Shown piece by piece: positions 1 to 10,117 of a stretch of 64,000 nt of DNA. The stretch is taken from NCBI GenBank assembly GCA_964470355.1, contig CAYYCN010000003.1, forward strand, positions 4,140 to 68,139. The letters run 5' to 3'. The stretch's first letter is position 1. Each line of letters begins with the position of its first letter. Below the pieces are notes generated by a model that saw only the letters and a program-made list of their open reading frames with translations, made no database searches and had not been told where the DNA came from. The position numbers were made by a program, and so were the translations under genes. The stretch comes from an uncultured Sphaerotilus sp. (lineage in GTDB: Bacteria > Pseudomonadota > Gammaproteobacteria > Burkholderiales > Burkholderiaceae_C).

Positions 1-780
1 CTTGACCGCTTCGATGAAACGCATCGGCTTGTCTTCACCCAGGAAACGGGCCACCACGTCCAGGTAGGCTTCGGAAACGTCGGTGCCCTTGCGGTGGATG
101 ACAGGAGCCCCCTCGTTGGACGCCTGCAGCACGACCTCCGACTCCGGGATCACCCCGATCAGCGGAATGCGCAGGATGTCGTGGATGTCTTCCAGCGACA
201 GCATCTGGCCGTCCTGCACGCGATTGGGGTTGTAGCGCGTGATGAGCAGGTGCTCCTTGATGGGCTCCCCGCCCTCGGCCGCACGCTTGGTCTTGGAACT
301 GAGCATGCCCAGGATGCGGTCCGAATCCCGCACCGACGACACCTCGGGATTGGTCACCACCAGGGCTTCATCGGCGAAGTGCATGGCCATCAGGGCGCCG
401 GTTTCGATGCCCGCCGGCGAATCGCAGACGATGTACTCAAAATCCATGTCCGCCAGTTCCTGCAGCACCCGACCCACGCCGTCCTGGGTCAGGGCGTCCT
501 TGTCGCGGGTCTGCGAGGCGGCCAGCACGAACAGCTTGTCGCACTGCTTGTCCTTGATCAGCGCCTGGGTCAGGTTGACCTCGTTGTGGATCACGTTGAT
601 CAGGTCGTAGACCACGCGGCGTTCGCAGCCCATGATCAGGTCGAGATTGCGCAGACCGACGTCAAAGTCGATCACGGCGGTCTTGTGTCCGCGCAGGGCC
701 AGGCCCGAAGCAAAGCTGGCGCTGGTGGTGGTCTTGCCCACCCCTCCCTTGCCGGAAGTGACGACGACGATCTTGGCCAT
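1..780 (-). CDS. minD: septum site-determining ATPase MinD (3' end runs off window)
   Basis: Reverse strand from ATG at 780 reads MAKIVVVTSGKGGVGKTTT...DFDVGLRNLDLIMG; directly downstream of minC. Confidence 0.95.
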   Translation of the reverse strand, partial: MAKIVVVTSGKGGVGKTTTSASFASGLALRGHKTAVIDFDVGLRNLDLIMGCERRVVYDLINVIHNEVNLTQALIKDKQCDKLFVLAASQTRDKDALTQDGVGRVLQELADMDFEYIVCDSPAGIETGALMAMHFADEALVVTNPEVSSVRDSDRILGMLSSKTKRAAEGGEPIKEHLLITRYNPNRVQDGQMLSLEDIHDILRIPLIGVIPESEVVLQASNEGAPVIHRKGTDVSEAYLDVVARFLGEDKPMRFIEAVK

Positions 781-804
781 CTCTGGGGATCCTTTGCGTG
801 GTGT

Positions 805-1569
805 TTATGTGTTGATCTTGAGCGTCTCGACGACGAGCTTCTCGCCGTCCAGACGGATCTGCGCCGCCTTGCCGATGACGTCGGCCGGCAACGGCTGTTC
901 GGTCGTGCGGTAGATGCCTGCGATGGCGATGAGATCGGGCTCCATGCAGGTCGAGAAGATGCGGGCCGTGGTGTTGCCGCGTGCGCCGGCAATCGCCTTG
1001 CCACGCAGCGGCGCGTACACGTGCACGCTGCCGTCGGCAATCACCTCGGCGCCGTAGTTCACCTGGGCCAACACGACCAGATCCCCTCCGCGCGCATACA
1101 CCTGCTGCCCGGAGCGCAACGGCTTGTCCACCACGACGGTGTCCGCCGCCGACACGACTTCGCGGATCACCTCGCGCTCGACCTCCTGCACCACGGTGCG
1201 GATCTCGGGCTGAGGCACCGGCACGGGGAGCAGGTTCAGGTCATCGGCCGCGGCGGGAAGGCCGGCCGCCAACGCCGCTTCGCGCTGGGCCGCGCTGCCC
1301 CCCTTGAGGGCCATGGGCAGCATCCGGAACCGGCGCAACAGGGCCACGCACACAGGCCAGTCGATCGGGGAGGCGCCGTCGGCCAGGCCGCTGACATCCA
1401 CCACCACCGGCTCCCCGGCAAACAGGTCCGGCGTCTGGGCGAAACGGGCGTCCAACTCCGCCGCCAACTGTTTCATGTCGGTGGTCTTGAGCACCAGGGC
1501 CAGCATGGGCAGCGTCGCGCTGCGAAGATCAAAGACGACTGGCGAAGAACCCGCGTTCGAGGCAGACAT
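805..1569 (-). CDS. minC: septum site-determining protein MinC
   Basis: C-terminal PLRSGQQVYA...GAEVIADGSVHVYAPLRGKAIAG signature; adjacent to minD. Confidence 0.95.
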   Translation of the reverse strand: MSASNAGSSPVVFDLRSATLPMLALVLKTTDMKQLAAELDARFAQTPDLFAGEPVVVDVSGLADGASPIDWPVCVALLRRFRMLPMALKGGSAAQREAALAAGLPAAADDLNLLPVPVPQPEIRTVVQEVEREVIREVVSAADTVVVDKPLRSGQQVYARGGDLVVLAQVNYGAEVIADGSVHVYAPLRGKAIAGARGNTTARIFSTCMEPDLIAIAGIYRTTEQPLPADVIGKAAQIRLDGEKLVVETLKINT

Positions 1570-1853
1570 GAAAGACAGATGTTCGGAAAAGTCGGCAGTT
1601 TACCGGTCATATCTGCAATCTGCCTGGATTCGGCGCCCCCGCGTCACGAAGTTCGAATCATCGGCCAATCGTCACGCTGGATCAGGATCGGAGCCCCCGC
1701 AATCCGTCCGCGAGGCTCCTCCTGGGCCCGTGGGCCAACCCACCCAAATCGACAAATACGCTCAAAACGCCTTGCTTAAGCACCGAGTCGAGGCCCTCAA
1801 GGCCCGGGATCATCGGCAGGGTCGATGTATTCCGTGGTTCAGGGAGCCTCAAC

Positions 1854-3791
1854 ATGCAATTCGTGCGTCATTTGAAGATGTGGCAAAAGTTCGCGCTGCT
1901 GGGTGCGCTGGGCGCCGCAATGGCCGCCCCCTCGGCGGGACTGCTGATTCACGACAGGTGGAAGGAGGCCGACGCCGCCGCCACGGAAGCTGCAGGCATC
2001 GTGCCGGCCAAAGCCATGCTCGATCTGATCCGCGTGACCCAGCTGGACCGGGGCATCTGCGGGGCCTACCTGAGTGGGGCCCAGGATCAGCAAGCGGCCT
2101 GTGCGGCCCAGCGCAGCGAAGTCCAGAAAGCCATCAGCGGCCTGAAATCCGTGCTGGCCGTGTACTCGGACCGCCTCCTCCACCAAACCGCCGACCAGCT
2201 CGTACAGCATTGGACAGCGCTGGCCCAGGACCTGGACCAAGGGCGCCTGGCGCCACCAGAGAGCTTTCGCCGGCACTCGGCACTGGTGTCGATGGAATTT
2301 GAATTGCTCGGCCTCGTGCGCGACGCCAGCGGACTCAACGCCGACCCGGACCCCGCCAGCGCCATGCTGATCCGCAGCGCGCTGGAAAATCTGCCCCGTG
2401 TCACCGAAGCGCTCGGCCAGACCCGCGCCAAAGGCGCCGCGGCCCTCGCCAAGGCGGAGGTGTCCGGCGAAGACCGGGCCTACATCACCGGACTGCTGCT
2501 GTCGGCGTTCGAACACCTGCGCCTGGCGCAGTCCTCCCTTGAACGCTCGCGAGCCGGACAACCTGCGCTGTCCGCGCAGGGCTCAGCACAAGCCGCAGCC
2601 GATGCATTTCACAAGGTCGTCCAGAGCCAGGTGCTGCAGGCCGGTCCCCTCAGCATGCCCCCCGCGGCCTTCATCCGGGAGGCCACGATCGCCATCGATG
2701 CGCAGTTCGCTTTGATGGACCAGGCGTTCCAGACCATGCGGGAGCACTTGGAAATCCGCAGCGCCCAGGCACGTCAGACCGCCTGGCTGTTTCTGGGGCT
2801 GACGGCGTCACTGGCCGCCCTCGGCTTGTACACGGCCGTCTCCATCACACGCAGCACCTCGACGGCGGTGGCCCATGCACGGCGGGCCGCGGCGGCCTTG
2901 GCCGACGGCGACCTCACGCTGCAGCTGCAAAGCGACGCGGGCGACGAACTCGGCACGCTTGTCAACGACCTCGGGCGGGCGACGACCAGCCTGGCCGGTG
3001 TGATGCACGGCATCCGGGCCTCCAGCGACGCCGTGGCGGCCTCGTCCGCCCAGATCGCCAAAGGCAACGCAGACCTGTCTGCCCGCACCGAAGCCCAGTC
3101 GGCCAGCGTGCAGGAGACCGCCGCCTCCATGGAGCAGATGACGCGCAGCGTGAACACCAGCAGCGAGCAGGCCCAGCAAGCCAGCGCCATGGCCGAACGC
3201 GCCTCGTCCGCTGCCTTGGATGGTGGCCGCACGGTCAGCCAGGCGGTGGACGCCATGGCGCAGATCCAGACCTCCAGCCAGCGCATCTCCGAGATCATCG
3301 GGGTCATCGACGGCATCGCGTTCCAGACCAACATCCTCGCCCTCAACGCCGCCGTCGAGGCCGCACGGGCCGGCGAGCAGGGCCGTGGGTTTGCCGTCGT
3401 CGCCTCAGAAGTGCGCAGCCTTGCCGGCCGCTCATCGGAAGCCGCCCGAGAAATCAAGGCGCTCATCACCGCCAGCGTGGAACAGGTCGAGAGCGGTACG
3501 GCGCAGGTGCGGCACGCTGGCACCACCATCCACGACGTGGTGCAGCAGGTCCAGGAAGTCAGCCGCCTCATCCGCTCCATCACCGAACACAGCCAGCAGC
3601 ACGACAGCGGCACCGACCAGATCAACGAGGCCATCCGGTCGCTGGACGGAGGGGCCCAGCAGAACGCCGCCCTGGTGGAAGAAACCGCGGCGGCGGCCGA
3701 ACACCTCAGTCAGCAGGCCCGTGACCTGGCCGACTCCGTGAGCCGATTCCGCTTGAGCGGTTCTCAGGCGCACTGGGTCAGTCCAGCCTGA
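1854..3791 (+). CDS. methyl-accepting chemotaxis protein (2 TM, periplasmic sensor, HAMP, signalling domain)
   Basis: [34 protein letters not shown] hairpin-tip motif. Confidence 0.95.
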   Translation: MQFVRHLKMWQKFALLGALGAAMAAPSAGLLIHDRWKEADAAATEAAGIVPAKAMLDLIRVTQLDRGICGAYLSGAQDQQAACAAQRSEVQKAISGLKSVLAVYSDRLLHQTADQLVQHWTALAQDLDQGRLAPPESFRRHSALVSMEFELLGLVRDASGLNADPDPASAMLIRSALENLPRVTEALGQTRAKGAAALAKAEVSGEDRAYITGLLLSAFEHLRLAQSSLERSRAGQPALSAQGSAQAAADAFHKVVQSQVLQAGPLSMPPAAFIREATIAIDAQFALMDQAFQTMREHLEIRSAQARQTAWLFLGLTASLAALGLYTAVSITRSTSTAVAHARRAAAALADGDLTLQLQSDAGDELGTLVNDLGRATTSLAGVMHGIRASSDAVAASSAQIAKGNADLSARTEAQSASVQETAASMEQMTRSVNTSSEQAQQASAMAERASSAALDGGRTVSQAVDAMAQIQTSSQRISEIIGVIDGIAFQTNILALNAAVEAARAGEQGRGFAVVASEVRSLAGRSSEAAREIKALITASVEQVESGTAQVRHAGTTIHDVVQQVQEVSRLIRSITEHSQQHDSGTDQINEAIRSLDGGAQQNAALVEETAAAAEHLSQQARDLADSVSRFRLSGSQAHWVSPA

Positions 3792-3831
3792 GCAGCCCCG
3801 AGACTCCGGGAGCGACGATCCTGGCGCCGGA

Positions 3832-5664
3832 TCAGTCGTCCTCACAGGCCAGGAAGCCGCCGCTCTGGTGGGCCCACAACCGGGCGTACAGCCCCCCCAG
3901 GGCCAGCAGCTCGGCATGGCTGCCTTCCTCCACGATCTCGCCCTGATCGAGCACAACCAGCCGGTCCATCGCCGCAATCGTCGACAGGCGGTGCGCGATG
4001 GCCACCACCGTTTTGCCGGCCATGAGGTCGTTCAGGCTCGACTGGATGGCCACTTCGACTTCGCTGTCCAGGGCGCTGGTGGCCTCGTCCAGCAGCAGGA
4101 TGGGCGCATCCTTGAGCATCACCCGCGCAATGGCCACGCGCTGCCGCTGGCCCCCAGAGAGCTTGACGCCCCGCTCCCCCACGTGTGCGTCATAACCGGT
4201 GCGTCCGGCCGGGTCGGACAGCAGCTGGATGAACTCGTGCGCATGCGCCTTGCGCGCCGCGGCCTCCATGTCGGCGTCACCCGCTCCCGGGCGGCCATAC
4301 AGGATGTTGTCGCGCACCGAGCGATGCAGCAGCGAGGTGTCCTGCGTGACCATGCCGATGCACGCCCTCAGCGAATCCTGCTGCACGCGGGCGATGTCCT
4401 GGCCATCGATGCGGATGCACCCACCCTCCACATCGTAGAAACGCAGCAGCAGATTGACCAGCGTCGACTTGCCCGCCCCAGAGCGACCGACGAGCCCGAT
4501 CTTTTCACCCGGCCGGATGTGCAGGTTGAAATGCGACAGCAAAGGCCGAGGGCCTCCATAGGCAAAACTCACGTCCTCGAATCGAATGTCCCCGCGGGGC
4601 ACCTGAAGCGGAACGGCCCCCGGCGCGTCCAGAACCGCATGCGGTCTGGACAACGTGTCCAGACCATCCTGCACCGTCCCGATGTGCTCGAACAGCATCG
4701 TCACCTCCCACATCACCCAGTGCGAGATGCCGTTCAGGCGCAACGCCATGGCAGTGGCGGCCGCAATGGCCCCTGCCCCCACCTCGCCCTGCATCCACAG
4801 CCACACCGTCGAGCCGGCCGTGGCCAGCACCAGCAGCATATTGAGCGCGTGGTTGGTGACCTCGAATCCGCTGACGTAGCGCATCTGCGCATAGGCCGTC
4901 GCCATGAATTCGCGCATGGCGAAACGAGCGTGGTCGGCCTCGCGCTGGGCGTGCGAGAACAGCTTGACGGTGGCGATGTTGGTGTAGGCGTCGGTCACGC
5001 GCCCGGTCATGAGTGAGCGGGCGTCGGCCTGGGCCTTGGAAATGCGCCCCAGTCGGGGAACAAAAAACGCCAGCGCCGCCGCGTAACAGCCAAACCAGGC
5101 CAGGAACGGCAGCAACAAGCGCAGGTCCAGCCCGCCCGCCACCAGCGTCATGGTGACGAAGTAGATCATCACGAACACCAGGATGTCGGTCAGGATCAGC
5201 ACCGTGTCGCGCACCGCCAGCGCCGTCTGCATGACCTTGGCCGAGACCCGTCCGGCAAATTCGTCCTGATAGAAGCCCATGCTCTGGCTCAACATCAGGC
5301 GGTGAAAGTTCCAGCGCAGCCGCATCGGGAAGTTGCCCGCAAGCGTCTGATGCTTGAGCAGGGTCTGCAGTGCCACGACCATCGGACTGAGCACAAGCAG
5401 CGCCGCCAAGCCGATGAGCGTGTCCCCCTTCTGCGCCCAGAGCAGCTCGCGCGGCGTGGCCGCCAGCCAGTCCACCATGCGCCCCAACACGCCGAACAAC
5501 ACCGCCTCGAACGCCCCGATCAGGGCCGTGCACAGCGTCATCACCCCGACATAACGGCGCACGCCGCGTGTGCAGTGCCACAGGAAAGGCAGCAAGCGCG
5601 CCGGCGGCAAACCAGGGGGGTCCGCGGGATAGGGGTCAACGAGTCGTTCGAAGAGATTCAGCAC
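3832..5664 (-). CDS. ABC transporter, fused permease/ATP-binding protein
   Basis: N-terminal TM helices; Walker A GRSGAGKST, LSGGQRQR, LLLDEATSALD, AHRLST. Confidence 0.95.
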   Translation of the reverse strand: MLNLFERLVDPYPADPPGLPPARLLPFLWHCTRGVRRYVGVMTLCTALIGAFEAVLFGVLGRMVDWLAATPRELLWAQKGDTLIGLAALLVLSPMVVALQTLLKHQTLAGNFPMRLRWNFHRLMLSQSMGFYQDEFAGRVSAKVMQTALAVRDTVLILTDILVFVMIYFVTMTLVAGGLDLRLLLPFLAWFGCYAAALAFFVPRLGRISKAQADARSLMTGRVTDAYTNIATVKLFSHAQREADHARFAMREFMATAYAQMRYVSGFEVTNHALNMLLVLATAGSTVWLWMQGEVGAGAIAAATAMALRLNGISHWVMWEVTMLFEHIGTVQDGLDTLSRPHAVLDAPGAVPLQVPRGDIRFEDVSFAYGGPRPLLSHFNLHIRPGEKIGLVGRSGAGKSTLVNLLLRFYDVEGGCIRIDGQDIARVQQDSLRACIGMVTQDTSLLHRSVRDNILYGRPGAGDADMEAAARKAHAHEFIQLLSDPAGRTGYDAHVGERGVKLSGGQRQRVAIARVMLKDAPILLLDEATSALDSEVEVAIQSSLNDLMAGKTVVAIAHRLSTIAAMDRLVVLDQGEIVEEGSHAELLALGGLYARLWAHQSGGFLACEDD

Positions 5665-5780
5665 CGGATCCGCTCCACGTCCAGGACGCAGACAAAGGTG
5701 GGGAGCCTAACGGATCACCCGCAAAGGTCGCAGGGGTGGGCCATTTGATATACCCTAATGGGTATCAACAAGGAGCGCAC

Positions 5781-6134
5781 ATGACCACCTCTTCCTACCC
5801 CGAGCTCACCCAGGACATCAGCCGTCACCTCGGGGGCTTCCGCAAGTCGCAGTCGGCCACGATGCAAGGCTTCGGCGCGATGTCCAAAGCCGCCATGGCC
5901 GAAGGCGCTGTGTCCGAAAAAAACAAGGAACTCATCGCCCTGGCCATCGGCGTCAGCCAGCGTTGCGCAGGCTGCATCGGCTTTCATGTCAAAGCCCTGA
6001 TTCGACTGGGCGCCACCCGGGCGGAATTCGAGGAAACACTGGGCGTGGCGGTCTACATGGGCGGGGGACCTTCGCTGATGTACGCCGCCGAAGCCATCGC
6101 CGCCTGGGAACAATTCAGCCCATCGGGCACCTGA
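5781..6134 (+). CDS. carboxymuconolactone decarboxylase / AhpD-family protein
   Basis: AGGAG RBS before ATG 5781; KELIALAIGVSQRCAGCIGFH CxxC motif, YMGGGP. Confidence 0.9.
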   Translation: MTTSSYPELTQDISRHLGGFRKSQSATMQGFGAMSKAAMAEGAVSEKNKELIALAIGVSQRCAGCIGFHVKALIRLGATRAEFEETLGVAVYMGGGPSLMYAAEAIAAWEQFSPSGT

Positions 6135-6215
6135 CCCCCTCAAACGCGTGGCTTAAAAGCCACCCCGTCTCCGGAAACGTTCGAATTCGCGCAATCACGC
6201 GCGCATTTGATACTA

Positions 6216-6234
6216 TTGTTACATCTGATAACAA
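6216..6234. promoter_or_regulatory. inverted repeat TTGTTA-N7-TAACAA, candidate operator
   Basis: Perfect 6-bp inverted repeat in an AT-rich intergenic patch upstream of the 6361 gene. Confidence 0.35.
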
Positions 6235-6360
6235 CTAGAGACGGTTTCAACCCCCGATCCATGGGGGACCGAACCACCCCACCACCCCAGATCCGGGTGG
6301 CTGGTGGATTCCGGCCCCGGTGCGAGTGGGTGTCATGGCCGTCGTTTCCGCGAGAAACCC

Positions 6361-8103
6361 ATGACGCTCACGCTCTCCGTTGCCGTTGTCCTGCTCCTCC
6401 TGGTGACCTGGGGCCTCTGGACCGCCCAGCGGCGGCGCCTGCACGAGGCGACCCAAGAGGCCGACTCGCCCAGTACGCCCCCCGCCCCCCTCATGCCCCT
6501 GCCCGCCGCCGACCAGCCGTGGGAAACGCTTGGCGCATCGGTGCGGCAAGCGCTGCAATCCGGGACTGCACCGGCATCGGACCCGCCGCTGGTTTCAATG
6601 GACGCGGAATCGCTCACCCAGCCCTGGCCACTGGACATGGCCGAGCGACGCACCCGCGTGAGCCGGCGCCTGTGGTTCGTGGACGGCAATTGCCAACTCC
6701 CATCCGACGTCCACTTTGCTGCGGCGGTGGTCTGCACCGGTGACCTCACCACCCGCCGACACAGCGGGACGCAGACCCTGTTGGCCCATGCCCGCGTCCG
6801 CCTGTCACCTCACACGCAGGTCGGCGAATGGGTGAGAGGCCTCACGATCGAAGCCCAAGAAGGCTGCGGTCTGGGTCGACGCGCTGTGGCACAGGCCGCC
6901 CTTCACGTGGCCCCGGGCGTGCGGTTCACGGAACTGGAAGCGCCGGTGATCCGTTGCGTGGACAGCAGCGACCGCCCAGGGGCCTCCTCCGCGGGCATCC
7001 GAGGCCCCCTGACGGAAGCAGAAGGCGTGCACTGGGACCGCAACCACCAGCGCGGCCAGACGCTTTCCCCGGTCCGAACCGCCGCCCTGCGCGCCTGGGC
7101 CGGTGACCTGATCTCACGCTCGGACCTGATCCTCGGCGAAGGCGCCCACGTGCGCGGCAACCTGCGCTGCCAAGGCGACCTGACACTGCGTGCGGGATGC
7201 CGCATCGAGGGCAGCATCGTCGCCTATGGCGAAATCTTCGTGGCCCCCGGTTGCCAGGTCACGGGCAGCATTCAGTCGGAAGCCCAGCTGACCCTGGGCC
7301 CGGGCTGCGTGATCGGCACCCTGGAACGCCCCTCCGTCGTCAGAGTCGCCCGCCTCACCAAAGCCCCAGGGGTCATCCTGCACGCCGAAATCTGGGTCGG
7401 CTCGGACAGCGTCGAGCCCCAGCGCCGCCTGCGCAAGGCCCCCCGCCAACACGACGCCACCGCCATTGCCCGCCCGAGCGACGCCTCGCGGCTCATCCTC
7501 GGCCTGGCCCCTGTCACCGCCGAAGGGGCCGGCCGCACGCATCCGGGCGACTGGGCCCTCGGACTGCCTGCAGACTCCTGGATTTCCACCGAACAAGGAG
7601 CCCGTTCCGACGAGGCCACCGCCCAGGTGAAAACCAACCATGCCTGGGAAGGGGATCTCGACTGCGCAGGAGATCTGCGCATTTCCGAAGGCTGCCGGGC
7701 GATCGGCCGCGTGCGGGCCCAGGGCGACGTCAACGTCGACGCCGGCACCTTGCTGATGGGCAGCATCGAATGCCGCGGCGTGCTTCGCATCCATGGCGGC
7801 AACCAGATCGGCGGGGCGTTGCGGTCGGCACAGGCCATTCACATCGGCCCCGGTTGCGTCATCGGCACCCCATCTCAACCCGTGACGGTCTTGGCACCGG
7901 AGGTGACCCTGGGACTGGGGACTGTGGTGCATGGCCGGGTGGTGGCCGGCCCACTGGGTGGCCACTGCACCCTGCCCGTCACCGTCCAGAACGCTGGCAG
8001 CCCCGCCTCGCCAGCCCGATCGGGCCCCATCGCCGAGCCGGCACGCCCCCCGGCCGCCATCCCCCTGGTCCCGGGAAGCCCTGGCGTGGCGATGGCCGCC
8101 TGA
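6361..8103 (+). CDS. membrane-anchored protein with duplicated bactofilin-like beta-helix domains
   Basis: N-terminal hydrophobic helix; two ~100-aa blocks of 17-aa periodic repeats (WAGDL...GPGCVIGT and WEGDL...GPGCVIGT). Confidence 0.6.
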   Translation: MTLTLSVAVVLLLLVTWGLWTAQRRRLHEATQEADSPSTPPAPLMPLPAADQPWETLGASVRQALQSGTAPASDPPLVSMDAESLTQPWPLDMAERRTRVSRRLWFVDGNCQLPSDVHFAAAVVCTGDLTTRRHSGTQTLLAHARVRLSPHTQVGEWVRGLTIEAQEGCGLGRRAVAQAALHVAPGVRFTELEAPVIRCVDSSDRPGASSAGIRGPLTEAEGVHWDRNHQRGQTLSPVRTAALRAWAGDLISRSDLILGEGAHVRGNLRCQGDLTLRAGCRIEGSIVAYGEIFVAPGCQVTGSIQSEAQLTLGPGCVIGTLERPSVVRVARLTKAPGVILHAEIWVGSDSVEPQRRLRKAPRQHDATAIARPSDASRLILGLAPVTAEGAGRTHPGDWALGLPADSWISTEQGARSDEATAQVKTNHAWEGDLDCAGDLRISEGCRAIGRVRAQGDVNVDAGTLLMGSIECRGVLRIHGGNQIGGALRSAQAIHIGPGCVIGTPSQPVTVLAPEVTLGLGTVVHGRVVAGPLGGHCTLPVTVQNAGSPASPARSGPIAEPARPPAAIPLVPGSPGVAMAA

Positions 8104-8132
8104 GTCCGTGCCACGGAGGCTTCGGCGGCACA

Positions 8133-8390
8133 ATGCGCGCCATGTCCTCCGTCACCGACTTCGCCCTGCGCGGCGATCACATCACCCTCGACGCCCTGCT
8201 CAAGGCCACCCAGATCGCCCAGAGCGGCGGGCACGCCAAGATTCTGATCACCGACGGCGAGGTCCGGGTGGACGGAGAGATCGAAACCCGGCGCGGACGC
8301 AAGGTGCGCGCCGGTCAACGCGTCGAGGCCGTCGGCGTGCGGGTGAACGTGATCCAGGCCCCGGACGGGCCTGCGCTCACTGACTGCTGA
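8133..8390 (+). CDS. S4-domain RNA-binding protein (YbcJ/YaaA family)
   Basis: HITLDALLKATQIAQSGGHAKILITDGEVRVDGEIETRRGRKVRAG. Confidence 0.9.
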   Translation: MRAMSSVTDFALRGDHITLDALLKATQIAQSGGHAKILITDGEVRVDGEIETRRGRKVRAGQRVEAVGVRVNVIQAPDGPALTDC

Positions 8391-9582
8391 CGAGCGTCAT
8401 TTCCACGCACGCCTGCTCGACGCGGTTGCGACCGGCCTGCTTGGCCTTGGCCAATGCGTTTTCGGCCCGGGCGATCAATTCTTCCACCGTGGACTCGCTG
8501 TCGGGGATCGCCACCGCCACGCCGACGGAAGCACTCAGGCCCACCTCGGCGTGCCGGGGCGTGCGGATCTTCAAGCGTGCGATCGTTCGGCAGATGTCTT
8601 CCGCCAGACGACGCGCCCCGGGCGCATCGGTGCTCGGCAGGATCACGTTGAACTGATCGCCATCCCACCGGCAAAACACGTCCGAGGAGCGCAAGCGTGA
8701 GCGCACCGCATCGGCCAAGCTCTGCAGCACCACGTCGCCGCACGGCTGGCCCAGCCGCTGATTCAAGCGGCGGAAATGGTCGATGTCGAGGGTGAGCAGG
8801 CCCACCGGCTCACGCTGGCGCCGTGCGCGCCGCAAGGTGTGGCCGAGAATGGTGCGTCCGGTCGGTCGATTGATGCAGCCGGTCAATCCGTCGTGGCTGC
8901 CCATCGAGTCGGTCTGGTTCAACACCTGCTCCACGCACGACCAGGCAAACGCGAGGCTCACCAGCCCCAACCCGCAACCGGTCAACAGCCACCACACCGA
9001 AACCGGGCCGTCCAAAGCCGGCGGCACCCACGCCTCGGGCAGCACGGACGACAGCGCCCTCATCGTCAAGGCCGCCATCACCGCCAGCAGCAGCAGGCCC
9101 ACGCTGGCCAGCACCGGAGAGGCCCGCCCGGGACGCAGAGACCGCATCGACACCCACACCCCCGGCGCGAGAAACGCCGCGTACACGGCCGACACGACGG
9201 CCGGATCCAGCTCCCGCCACCCTCCAGACATCAGCAAGGTCGCCGCCGTGGCCAGGATCAGCACGTACCACCCCCGCACCCACAGCGGAGACGCCCGGTG
9301 ATCAGCGCGCCGGTACAGCGCATGGTTACCCAACACCAAGCCGGAGGCCACCAGGACCACAGAGGCGAACGCCTGCAATCCATGGCCCGCGGAAGGCCCA
9401 CCGATGGCCAGGCCCGAGCCGGCCGACAACAGCGCCAGACCGAGCACCCACCACCCCAGTTCCGGCACCTGCACAAACAGGAGCCGATGCGCCGCGCATG
9501 ACATGAGGACCAGGGCCGCGGCGCTGATCAACAAAGCGGACATCAGGACAGAGCTCTGCAGCGCGTTCATCACGTTCAACAT
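8377..9582 (-). CDS. membrane GGDEF-domain protein with degenerate active site (start uncertain)
   Basis: About 7 TM helices, then HDGLTG, DIDHF, RSSD I-site and RWDGDQF in place of RxGGDEF. Confidence 0.85.
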   Translation of the reverse strand: MLNVMNALQSSVLMSALLISAAALVLMSCAAHRLLFVQVPELGWWVLGLALLSAGSGLAIGGPSAGHGLQAFASVVLVASGLVLGNHALYRRADHRASPLWVRGWYVLILATAATLLMSGGWRELDPAVVSAVYAAFLAPGVWVSMRSLRPGRASPVLASVGLLLLAVMAALTMRALSSVLPEAWVPPALDGPVSVWWLLTGCGLGLVSLAFAWSCVEQVLNQTDSMGSHDGLTGCINRPTGRTILGHTLRRARRQREPVGLLTLDIDHFRRLNQRLGQPCGDVVLQSLADAVRSRLRSSDVFCRWDGDQFNVILPSTDAPGARRLAEDICRTIARLKIRTPRHAEVGLSASVGVAVAIPDSESTVEELIARAENALAKAKQAGRNRVEQACVEMTLVSSQ

Positions 9583-10117
9583 CAGGAAATACCACGGGCA
9601 CACGCCCGCAACACCGAACATAGCGGTGCGCCCCTGAACCGTGGGCGCCCCCACCCAGCGCCCCGGCCAGGACGTGCGTACGTCACGGTCGCAATGCGCG
9701 GCCACCGGCCGGTCGCACACCGATACCGGCAAAAACCTTTTATTGCACCCTTGCACGCTGACCCGAATGCACGGAACGCACTTCTGTCATAGAATCTAGG
9801 GTTTTCGGCGATCTGTTCGCCATCTCGTTCATCCCCTCTGGCCTTCATCTCTCGCGGGACTGCCCCTCGATCCGAAACCTCCTTTCGGCATCCAGGCATC
9901 CGCACCGGTCGGCGGCGATGCTGTTCGACCCCTCCCGTGGGCTGCCAGTGGAGCCATTTCAGGCTCCTTGATGATTCCGCTACGCGCGCTTGAAGGATGG
10001 CGTGTGCATCGGTGCCCGTCCACATTTCCGCGCCAAGCCGGCCGCCGAATCCTCGGCTCCGGACATCTGGCGCGAAACGCCCGTTGCCGTGTGCAGCGCG
10101 CCAACCTTTGAGACACC

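Noticed and set aside
94-1779. 561-aa + strand ORF
   Set aside because: Antisense shadow of minD/minC, typical of high-GC DNA
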